A program made the translations under genes and the position numbers. Below are positions 52,486 through 64,000 of a stretch of DNA of 64,000 bases, one piece after another. How positions within the stretch are numbered: the first letter of the stretch is position 1; every line of letters starts with the position of its first letter. This DNA is from Eledone cirrhosa (Eukaryota). Location of the stretch: assembly GCA_964016885.1 (NCBI GenBank), contig OZ024743.1:106640001-106704000 (forward strand), written 5' to 3'. The notes beneath the pieces are model-generated. The model did no database searches and was not told the DNA's origin. It worked only from the letters and a program-made list of their open reading frames with translations.

Positions 52486-53334
52486 TATATATATATATAT
52501 TTAAACTGTCGAATCAATAAAAACTTTGGTCATGGCGGAGATGAAAAATCTGGTACAGCAGTTATCGCTGAGTGCTCTTCAAAACTACGCTTACCATATC
52601 GTGCCCGAAATCACATTCCATAATTGTTGTCAAATATATTCAATATCATACTCCCCCTCCACCAGCCCAACCTTTCTATTTTTCCAGGTCATTTATCATG
52701 AGATATCCGTTACTAGATGGAACACTTTAGACTCGCATGCACTTTGGTTGCAGATTAGTGAGTGAGGAATATTACGTCTATTGATTTCCCAAATAGATTA
52801 TTTTCTTTTCCTCCTTGATTGTCCTGACCGTTTCTTCCCAGTATCCATCCCCTGCTCATCACATATAGGTAATGTATTGGAAAACCTAACCGAAGACACT
52901 TGCCTTTGTGCTCAAGAATGAGAGATCTTAGCTTAATAATGTTTGGGCGTTTGTTCTTGGTATTGACGGCACTGAAAAGCGAAATATACAGTTTTATTCC
53001 ACTTCAGTTATGAGTAGTGGTGCAATCAGTATTTCTGATAGCAGTTGTATCGAGTTAGCCAAGCTTTATATTGAAATAAATGTTCTTAAATGTCCTCTGT
53101 TTCATCTCTTGCCTATTTGATTACACTCCTACACACTCCTTTAAGGAGGCGTAAACTCTGGTGTTGACAAATAGCCATCGGAGCTTATTAATGCTCTTTT
53201 GCAATATATGTTATCGTAGGATACCTCTCCGCTAAGCATGTGTCAATAATATTGCGCACAACAGACTACAGTTAAGTCGTTAATGCTGTATATAAATTTT
53301 CCGCTGGTTGGAAGTGGTATGCTAACTGGCTGGA

Positions 53335-54090
53335 CGTTGTAGACAGCATGGTCATACTTAACTCGGCAGAAGGTGATATCCGACATGCACTTGAGAAGTT
53401 TGTTCCTGAGTGCTTCACGGCAGGAATAAAATTCAATGCTACAAAACTGAGACACTCGTCCTCTCAAGGAAGGCTGCACAGTGCAATCTACCTGTGAGAG
53501 GACTTCCGATAAAGGAGGTGAAGATATGTATAAGTGATGAATAGAAGGTTGAATTAGACCCAAGAATTGTAGGAGCTGATGCAGTATTGTGGCAGCTTCA
53601 GAATTATGTCATGAGAATGAAGGAAATAGGTGTAAAAACAAAACTCGATGTCTTTAATTCGTTATTCATTCCAACACATAACTATGGTCGTGAATCTTTG
53701 GTAATGACCGAAAGAACACAATCGCTTATATGAACGACCGAAATTGTGTTCCTCCAATTGATCTTTGGATTAAGTATAGTGTACGTAGCTCAGTAACCAG
53801 CGAGTTACTGCAGGTAGAATTGCTACTTCTTCGAATTGAGAGATCACCGCTCCGATATTACGAACATATGGTTAGAATGTCTCAGGGCATATTTTACAAG
53901 CAAAACCAACCGACAGGAGGCCCAGGCAAGACGCCAAGCAAGGTGATTGAATAACATCCATAAATTCGTCTGGTCTTGCTCTGGGATCGAGCTGGATTGA
54001 TTGGAGACAATTGCTTCTGAGAAGACCAGCTGCAAATGCGTGCTTCAGGAGTCACCAATACATTCTCCCAGGAATAAGTACGCGAAGAAA
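53335..54090 (+). mobile_element. Decayed Rex3/Expander-like RTE RT C-terminal fragment
   Basis: D.MVIL.....DIRHALEKF..EC..AGIK, KTKL.VF.S.FIPT..YG.E..VMTER, LLLRIERS.LR...HMVRM, GKTP. Confidence 0.75.
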
Positions 54091-54359
54091 AAAAAAATAC
54101 TCTAATAGGCAATGCTTCTAAAGCTGTAGGTATGAGTGGTTTGGTAATACATCTTAGGATGTAAGTACGTGTATATGTACGTAAGTTCGTTTGCGAGTGG
54201 TTCCTTGTGACAAGACTCCATTTTTAAGTTGTCCAAACCCTCTCAGCTGGTAAATTTGAGCTGTAACTTTTTTTCAAATGGTCAACTTTGTGACACATTG
54301 TATCACGGGGAACCCCGCTGAGAACTACGTTAAGTACACGCTTATCTGTCTAATACTTA

Positions 54360-54705
54360 TATAGGAACAGTTTTGATAGCGCTAGTTCGTAATTTAAATT
54401 CAGGAATTTTATATTCTTTGAATGAAAAGAACCTTCTGACGAGAATCTTTCTTTGCAACGAAGGCTGTATGGTCTCCGTTTATTTTGGGGATTCGAAACC
54501 GATCGGTAAAGGTAACTATAGTAGGTAATGTCAATTTTTTTAAATTTATTTTGAAACTTTTTCATTATTTGCTAAACCTTGTTTATATTTGTTCTGGCTC
54601 GTTAATTTATTAACCTGCCATTGAACCACACTGGCATTTGGTTGGACAATACATGCGTACCTTAGCGCCTTGTGCGTGAAGGAACACATATCCTATTCCT
54701 ATTTC
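54360..54705 (+). mobile_element. Family E HHR element ending at (TA)n
   Basis: Collinear similarity with the reverse complement of 37525-37865 on both sides of the HHR. Confidence 0.75.
54431..54513 (+). ncRNA. Complete type I hammerhead ribozyme with long stem II (family E)
   Basis: accuu-CUGACGA-gaauc...gauuc-GAAAC-cgaucg-GUA-aaggu; predicted cleavage after 54508. Confidence 0.85.
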
Positions 54706-54737
<32 letters not shown>

Positions 54738-55209
54738 CACGCACACACACATATATATGCACTTTAATTCCAGGGGCAAGCGTTTCCTTTATTCAAACAA
54801 CTGATACAAACTTCTACGAAATCAACGTGGATCCAACACACCCACACACACACACATGTATGTTGCGTTCTCAATTTTTACTACGATTGTATATTTTATT
54901 TCCACACTTTGTATTCGAATTTCTGTAGTTGTTGCTGATGTCGTTATATTTATTTGTTGTGCTGCGGTGGTTGGATTTGTCGTCATTTTATTAATAATGT
55001 TTTGAGGATTTTTTTTTTTTTTTTTTTTTGTATCATTGTCGAATTTAAGATTCGGCTTAGAAAAACCTCCCTATTTTGCCAATTCTGTTAACTGGTCATT
55101 CTCCGCTAGAATCAATGTATTCTATTTCTTATTTCCACAGGCTTCATGCTATTATGTCGTATTTCCTAATACATAATGTGATCCTTTTATGTTTTTATCT
55201 TCATATTAC

Positions 55210-55370
55210 ACGTCGCCATTTCTATTTCGCTGATTAAGGATGTTATTTTTTTACCTCCTTTTGTCAATTCGATATAATAGAAATTTATTTCGCCGTGCTT
55301 AATTTTTTTTTCAGTGTGTTTGGGCGGGAAGTGACGTACGCTATTTGGCTTTAATCCAGTTTCCGCTTAT
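55210..55370. promoter_or_regulatory. Candidate housekeeping-type Pol II promoter motif cluster
   Basis: GGGCGGGAAGTGACGT (GC box + ETS + CRE-like, 55322-55337), TTCCG at 55361, YY1-like CGCCATTT at 55214; non-repetitive surroundings. Confidence 0.3.
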
Positions 55371-55912
55371 GATCGGGTTTACTTCATTGAAAATAACTTT
55401 TCTTTTATAGAATCTGACTTGTTGAATAATATCAACATCAATTCTGTTGTCTTCATTGTTTCTGTTGTTGTATATTTTCTGGTGTTTTATTTATTTTCTT
55501 TACGCATTGTCATGTATGAGATCGAACTGATATTTTTGTGTAACTCAGCACAGAGTTTAATACCATCATCTAATGGATGGATGCTTTTTGCAAATTTACA
55601 ATAATGTCTACTAGTTTACCCTCTGCCCTCTATAATCTCATAGGCAGAGACGTACAAATGTCTGAGTTAAGTAACAACCGCATGCATTTGAATATATCCC
55701 AGTATATTAACTTTTGGTGTCAATATGTACAATTATTCCCATTGAAATTTGTCTCTATACCATTTTTACAAATATATATATGTGGGGTGGGTGGTGTGAT
55801 GTTGTGTGGGGGCGGGTGTACGTATTTGTGTGTGTGTGCTTTTGTTTGTGTATATGTGTGTGTGTATGTAAATATATGTACACACACACACATATATATA
55901 TATATATAATAT

Positions 55913-56012
55913 AAAATCAGTGATGCATCTGAACTCAAATTATTGTGTGTTATCTGCTCTGTAAGAGTGCTCAACCGGCATACCGCCTATGGCAACACCA
56001 TAGCTACCATGA
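55913..56012. mobile_element. Internally deleted family G copy
   Basis: aaaatcagtgatgcatctg.actca joined directly to the tail tctgctctgta...gcataccgcctatgg...catagctaccat. Confidence 0.7.
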
Positions 56013-56015
56013 GAC

Positions 56016-56106
<91 letters not shown>

Positions 56107-56599
56107 GTATACTTCACCTGATTTTCACAATTACACAACTTCGTTCTCTAGCGTATACTATTCCACGTGTATATATATCAATGCTAACTGAATATTCATA
56201 TAGAACATTTGGGTGCTGCTAAAGGACGAAGACGATGAGCTATGTTCTATTGTGATTCTATTGACAAAACTATATTCCCTGACTTTGTAAGTATATTATA
56301 TGGAATGTAAATTAAATATACTGACAATGCATTGTAGGCAACTATTTGCTGATTGAATCTAAAACAAAAGCTTTCAAATGAAGACTGTCTTCAAGAACTC
56401 CAACCTGACTCTATACACTACTAAGAGCTTTTTCTAATGCAAATGAAATCAAGACAGTCGGGAAAAGTAAATGTATGTATATTCGTATGTATGTATGCTT
56501 TTATGAGTGTATGTATACATGTATGCATGTATATACATATATATGTGTATGTGTGTGCGTATGTATCTGTGTGTGTACGTGTATGTATATAGGTATGCA

Positions 56600-56640
<41 letters not shown>

Positions 56641-58364
56641 TTAGACATATGTATGCATACATATTTATTCATACTTACAATAGACACCCACATATATAGA
56701 GACACATTCATGCATACATAATACATATATCAAGGAGTTAGAGGTAGAGAGGGAGAGAGAAAACGAAAGGATAGCAAGTGTGAATGAGAGAGATATTCTG
56801 ACAAGAGAAGCTATCTTACGCGAAGTCTTCAGTTCGAATTAAAGAAAACGCTAATGACATAGAGATATTTGCAAAAGAAATTTACAAGTTGACTTTTCGA
56901 CGCGCTTTACTGCCATTTGATAAAATTATATATCTAACGAATAGGAGGGCCGCGTGTTTTGTTTACACGTCGTATTCTTATGTAGTTTTTCTGATTGCAA
57001 AATGAATCACCTTCATTAGCAGCTATTCATGATGCCATTGGAAACGGTGGTGGATTGTCTTGGCAGTCAGATAGATATTCGTGCTAATGGTGGCGGCGGC
57101 TGCGGCGGTTATGGTGATAAATGTGACTGGTATAGGACTGCTAATAAAGAAACCGATCCTGTTGTCATTTCCGAATATTCTGTTGTTTTTCTGCCTCTTT
57201 TTTCTGGTGAGGAATCGTAATTGGATTTCACTACAGATTAGTTTGTTCTGGTCAAGAGAAGCTCAACATTTCATCAATTTTCATCAAACTCATTTGCTTC
57301 ATTCATCACGTAAAGTTGTCGCTGCCTCTTCGCCCTCTCTCTCTTTCTCACTCTCATTCTCTGTCTTTTCTCACTCACTCTATTTCTCTCTCCGAAAGTA
57401 TCACTATCTATCTATCTCTATCTACTCTTCTATCATTTTTCTCTTTCTCTATCTATCGATATTTTCCTGTCACTATCACTCTCCAACTATCACTGTCTTT
57501 CTCTCCACCTCTCTATCTTCATCTATATCTTCCTCCCTCATTCACTTTCTCCCAATCTATCTATCGATTTATCTTTCCAAATGTCACAATGTTTCTACTT
57601 CTCACTCCATATGTATCCTTCTCTCCCGCTTTCACTTTCTCTCTCTTTGTCTCTCTCTCTCCTACTCTCACTCTCTTTTTCTCTCTCTCTCTCACTCTTT
57701 GTATTTATATATCAATCTATCTTTCAGTATATTTATATATCTATATATCGATCAATCTAACTCCATCTCGATCTATTTATCTGTGAACTCTCTTTCACTC
57801 TCTCCATCACTCCATCTCTTCATTCTATCAACATCTATGTATCTCCCCTTCTCTTACACTGTTTCTCCATCCTCGAAATATGCCTATAACTACCACCATG
57901 CTTTTGACATTATACGTCTTTCTTCGTACATTTCAGTGACGTTGACTTCAGATAATCTAATGTTAACACGAGCGTCGAGGCTATTCAGATACCACGATAG
58001 TCACGGTGAAAGACGAGACGAGTGTTGGATTTAAATAGCTCTTACTATAGAGTAAATATTGAGAAAATCAGGAGTCGGTAACACTACCATTGCTGTTTCT
58101 GTTCGCAACCCTTAAGTTGTTCTTATTCCTATTGATGTCGCTGTTATTGATTTGGCTGTAAGCGTTTCAGCTGGTGGTGTTGTTGCTGCTATTGGTGGGG
58201 ATATTGTTGGTGTTGTATTTGTAATGGTATTGTTATAGGTGGTGGGGGTCATATAATATTATTGGTGTCGAGTTCCGAGAGCTACAATCAGGGATAATGT
58301 TGAAGTAGACGTAATGAAATAATTGACCGAAATATACAATACATATGTTTACATAGTTCTATGC

Positions 58365-58427
<63 letters not shown>

Positions 58428-59379
58428 GTATGTATGTGTGTATGTATAGATGTATGTATATTTCGATCAGTTGTATATATGTATACACACACACACACAC
58501 ATATATATATATACATGTGTGTTTATGTACATACATATAGAAGTTTTATCAGAAATATATACGTTTGTGAATATGTATGCGTGCGTATAATATGAATGGT
58601 ATAATATTAATGGTAGGGACTGAAATATAATATTAAATGTAGAAGAAATTGAAACTAATTAATTAAGAAAATCAATGATTTCCCTATCACATTTAGAGAA
58701 TTACAGAAACATGCTGGTTAATAGTGATGTTTTAATGAAACAGTTATTAAGAAGTCATATTTAAATTAGATTTAATGTTTACTAAGAAGAAATGGCTAAA
58801 GGAGAATAAAATGTTGAATATCGAAGCAAATGCCTATACTATGGTGGTTACGTTGTTCTTGATTCTGAACTCGAATACAATGTAGTCTGCGACTAACCTA
58901 GGTCCTGCTGCACTTCAGCCAGAAGAGTGTAATCTCTCTTTAAGTATTGGTTTCTCTCCGATAAATTTACGCTCGAGCACGTAGCAGTAGAAATTTGCGG
59001 ATTCCTTGGACCTAGGGCCACCTCCCTACTCACCACCATCAGCATAGAGTTGGCTATCCGCAGGGGTGAGCCTCGCGTTGGCTCTTCCAGCATGCTATTC
59101 AATTCTGTCCGCCGGATCTGCGAGGTGGTCAGTGTCAGGTCCCCGATATGCTCATAATAGTGCAAGATGGGGAGAGCTGGAGAAACGGAGATAGTGACAG
59201 TGGGAGTTTGGTTCCTTTGTGTTCTGAACTTGTGTACATGTATATATGTTTACCGCACCACATTTCACATACACTTTCAAGAATGTAAATTAGGATTTTG
59301 TTGAAAATTAACGCTTTCATTACCATATTTCTAATACATGTTAATGCGAATAACGAACCTTCTCATTATCAACCTGCAG

Positions 59380-60470
59380 ACGGCGCTGTAGGTGCCACAA
59401 ATTATTGCATAGGCGGGAGTGGAGATACTCACAAGCCCTCGGCTGTCACAATGTGTTGTGGACTGGATGCAATTAAATAGGAGGATTTTATTATTGAGGC
59501 TTAGGCTGAAAGATGGGTCTCAATGGGTGGTGCATGTTTGTGCACCAAACAAGGAGTCCGAATACAAGTGCTTCCATGATGAAGTCAGTGCAAAATTAGA
59601 TGCAGTTAAAACTGAGTGATATATGCATTTGGGAGACTTCAATTCACATTTTACCAATGCCCACCTAAATTTAAAAGGGGTGATTGGAAGGAATCGTGCC
59701 CCCCAATCTAAGTACAAATGGATAGGCCTTATTAGACTTCTGTTCTAGCAATGAACTCTCATTTATGAACATCTTCTAGCACAGATACATCGATTGATAT
59801 GCCTGCTATAAGGGGAATTAAGGACAGAGTTCAATAATTGATTTTGCTATTGTCACGGATCTCTTTGATTATATGCTCGATGTTCGTGATAAGAGAGCGG
59901 CTGAAATGTCGACTGATCAGCATCTAATTATATACAACTACATAACGTCCTAACTCCAAAGAATCCAACAAAACTGGCATGTCCAGGGTGACATACAGGT
60001 TAAAGTCGGAAGAATTGGTGGATAAGGAAGTAAGAACGAGGTATGAAGATACTATTGCATCAACATTCAGAAAACTCCCTGAGCAAACTGAGGACCTGGA
60101 GACAGAGTGGAGTTGTTCAGCTCAGCAGTTATGTTTCATCTGTTAATTGTTGAGGGCGAGAGAAGCTTAATATTGCGGCGCATCTCTGGGGGACTCATTG
60201 GTTCAATCAGGAGAACAAAGATGTCATCCATGCAAAGAAGGAGGCTTAAAAAGTTTGGCTTGAAAATAAGTCCTCCGTGTTGCACATGCAGTCGAAGCAG
60301 GCATAAAGATTCAGAGCAGAATCAGTAAACGCATCCGAAGTTGAGACATGGGTGGATTTAGGGTTAGATCTGGAATCCGACTTTAGATTAGTACATAAAG
60401 TAATCTGGCAGGCGATTAGCCGACTTCGTTATAAAACCCAATCCTCCACACCTGATACCAAGGGTTCTCC
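59380..60470 (+). mobile_element. Second decayed copy of the 41 kb RTE family (endonuclease region)
   Basis: Shares ggccttattagacttctgttctagcaatg, catgtccagggtgacata, gatactattgcatc and ctggaatccgactt with 41020-42485; VCAP, LGDFNSH motifs. Confidence 0.8.
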
Positions 60471-60878
60471 TCTCTCCATATGTATATATATACTGATGTC
60501 TGCTGATAATGGATTTGTTACCTTCATGGTGGCTGTTACCTAATTATGGCAATTGACACTATTTCTTGCCAGACCAGAAACAACTGTATAGAGTTTAGGA
60601 ATCGTTTTTTTTCATCTTCATTTCAATTCGTTCGAATATATTCCTAATTTGTTATGTCATCGTATATATACTTTCTTGGTCTTGGATACATTTTGTTTAG
60701 GAAATATTTACTACTAAAGTATTATAGTTCCGCTCCTATTATTCAAATTTAGTTGAACTGATTTGTGGATCTATGTGGAGTATTGATAGTATTCCTGTTG
60801 GCCCGAACGTATCCTTCTACTTAAGCAGCAACTACATGAGCGTTCGGACAAAACGATCGACATTCTGTGTGTTTATCA

Positions 60879-60969
<91 letters not shown>

Positions 60970-60977
60970 TATATACA

Positions 60978-61067
<90 letters not shown>

Positions 61068-61083
61068 CATATATATATATACA

Positions 61084-61398
<315 letters not shown>

Positions 61399-61421
61399 TA
61401 TATATATATATATATATATAA

Positions 61422-61454
<33 letters not shown>

Positions 61455-61455
61455 C

Positions 61456-61900
61456 TTTTAATATAGATGAGATTCTACAGGACTAGAACTGTTTCATTCT
61501 TTAGAAATCATCAAGATTCTGGGTATCAAAAAATAAGTATGGTATTTATAGGTCTCTACAAGTGGTAGGAGAGGGTGGGGAGTGAGATCGTGTAGGTCAT
61601 TGGTTGTTAGAAAAGGGAATTCATTAAAAGCTAATTCTACAAAGCTATGCTTTATTTTTATTTTTAGAGTAACAAAGGCAGAAAGAATTCTATAAACAGG
61701 TTCAGGATGGGGTGCCACTCCTTATTAATAAGTTTCTCTTAAGCTAACAGGTGTCTATAAGATCAGTGGGGGTCAGTCATGGTAGATAGATATAAAGGAA
61801 AGGGAGATTATTTAAAAGCTAAATTCTTTAAGGTTCTAATAAGTGACAAAGGTTTAGAAAATTCTGGAGATAAATTCAAAATATTGAGTGCATATCATAC
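61456..61900 (-). mobile_element. Family B PLE 3' end with upstream body and degenerate HHR (61469-61520)
   Basis: 61456-61513 matches 40607-40664; minus-strand EKLINKEWHPILN near 61700-61740 resembles a GIY-YIG C-terminus. Confidence 0.65.
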
Positions 61901-62063
61901 AATTATCTTCAAATATCTCTTAAACTATTCAACTATATGCCAAAAATCAACAGACACATTCACAATCACACTCACTAACACACTCGCGCGCACCCATAAA
62001 CACACACACATACACATATACATATATATACACACACACATATATATATATATATACATATTC

Positions 62064-62107
<44 letters not shown>

Positions 62108-62221
62108 CACACACATACATAGACACACATATATATATATATACACACACACATGTATATATATGCACACACACACACATATACACATATATACATATAT
62201 ACACACATACACCATACATAC

Positions 62222-62293
<72 letters not shown>

Positions 62294-62305
62294 GTATACA
62301 CATAT

Positions 62306-62345
<40 letters not shown>

Positions 62346-62365
62346 ATTCACATATACACATATAC

Positions 62366-62400
<35 letters not shown>

Positions 62401-62453
62401 TATACCTATATACACATACATGCATATATATATACACACACACACATATATAT

Positions 62454-62516
<63 letters not shown>

Positions 62517-62520
62517 ATTA

Positions 62521-63128
62521 CACTTCCCCATACAACATAGGTACCACACCATCTTTAATAAGAACAGAATAAGACTCTCCTACTCCACCACACCTGACCT
62601 AGCTAGGAATATAGCCAACCACAATTCTAAAAAATTAAATAAGCCAACCACCTCCGAACTCAATCCCCGGACTGGGGCTCTGTGTAATTGCCTAAAGAAG
62701 GAAGCATGCCCACTTGAAAACAAATGCCTCACAAATGATATCGGATACAAATGCGATGTCATCTCAGACACCGATGATTGCAAAAAAACTTACATCGGCA
62801 CGACCTCCAACACTTTAAGACCCGTTGGTATGCCCATACCCACTCCTTCAGAAGACCGGACAAATCAATCCAGACAACATTCGCCTCCTATGTTTGGGAC
62901 CTCAAAAGGAACTCGACCCCCTTCACGCTTAAATGGAAAATACTCCAGAAAGCGCGCTCTTACAACGGAGGACAAAAGGGCTGCGACCTTTGTATCTCAG
63001 AGAGCTACGAAATTTTATTCGCCAAGGGCCTGCTACTGAACAAACTCTCTGAACACTGCCCGAACTGCATGCACAATAACTTTGCAACTTTCAAATATGT
63101 TAAGCCAGTGTTAAAGCCCGATGGCTAA
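62521..63128 (+). pseudogene. Naiad-type PLE linker + GIY-YIG endonuclease, 5'-truncated, one frameshift
   Basis: [24 protein letters not shown]....CPL...CL, IGY..TYIGTT, frameshift near 62814, then FKTRW..H..SF, WDLK, W.IL, CDLC..E, LLN...E....CMH. Confidence 0.85.
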
Positions 63129-63488
63129 AAACGACCTCCTCCTATTGGCCCCTATACCTCCTTCCCACCCCACCCCCACCCCTCCTCAACCTGAAATACG
63201 GCCACTATGGTTATGTGAGTACCTCTTACCTATTTGTATTTTCTGCCTGTAGAGCTGTTTTTATGTGCCTGTGTATATGCATATATTTATTGAGTACTTA
63301 TTTATTTGTATGTGTATATATTTGTGTGTATGTGTGTATATGTATGTGTATTTATATATATGTGTATGTGTACACACACACACATATATATGTATATGTA
63401 TGTGTATATATATATATATATATATGTGTATATATATATGTATATGTGTATATATGTATATATATATATATGTGTGTGTATGTGTGTC

Positions 63489-63525
<37 letters not shown>

Positions 63526-63706
63526 GCGTGTGTGTGTGAGGGTATTTGTGTGTATTGTTTGTGTGGTTCTCTCTCTCTGTGTGTATTTATTTATTTATTT
63601 ATTTATTATTTATATATGTGGGTGTGTGTTTATATGTGTATATATATGTGTGTGTGTGTATATATATATATATGTATATATATAAGTGTATATGTGTATA
63701 TATATG

Positions 63707-63737
<31 letters not shown>

Positions 63738-63768
63738 ATGTGTGTGTGTATATGTGTACATATATATG

Positions 63769-63836
<68 letters not shown>

Positions 63837-64000
63837 TATATATATATATGTATATATGTATATATGTGTGTGTGTATGTATGTGTATATATGTATATATA
63901 TATATATGTGTGTGTGTGTATATGTATGTGTGTATATGTGTATATATATGTATATATGTATGTGTATATGTATATATATATATATATGTGTATATATATA

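Noticed and set aside
50590-53060. Faint minus-strand RTE 3' remnants near 50.6 kb and 52.7-53.0 kb
   Set aside because: Similarity too weak to support boundaries.
54350-54512. Open frame TYIGTVLIAL... with a donor-like AG/GTAACT, resembling a myosin motor exon
   Set aside because: No suitable acceptor or NP motif; fully explained as the family E hammerhead element, homologous to the 37.5-37.9 kb copy.
62521-63128. Selenocysteine/SECIS, as reported for some Naiad elements
   Set aside because: Conserved Cys positions here and at 19503-19724 are TGT/TGC rather than TGA; no convincing SECIS seen.

Overview
AT-rich, microsatellite-saturated animal genomic DNA with no recognisable intact host gene. 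The SINE family and repeat landscape suggest an octopus/coleoid cephalopod (inference). Most ORFs in the track are (TA)n/(CA)n/(GA)n artefacts. Real coding remnants are all retroelements: an R4/Dong-like RT-RLE element (1-2686), a Tx1/L1-like LINE, several RTE fragments, and Penelope-like element (PLE) GIY-YIG remnants, two of them Naiad-type. SINEs and a probable non-autonomous Helitron are also present. The main hidden structure is a dense set of short, mostly non-coding PLE-derived elements lodged in (TA)n tracts. By eye they contain about 20 type I hammerhead ribozyme (HHR) motifs from roughly ten families, including recurrent core variants (C4 with A10.1/G11.1; U3-A8). There is also a retrozyme-like ~430-bp HHR tandem array and many fold-back palindromes whose axis falls inside an HHR stem. 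Six otherwise dissimilar families share a 3'-tail stem-loop (RCUC / upper stem / UU bulge / GAGY) 3-9 nt beyond the end of the inverted arm, a candidate cis signal for the PLE reverse transcriptase. All structures were read by eye; no folding or database searches were run.
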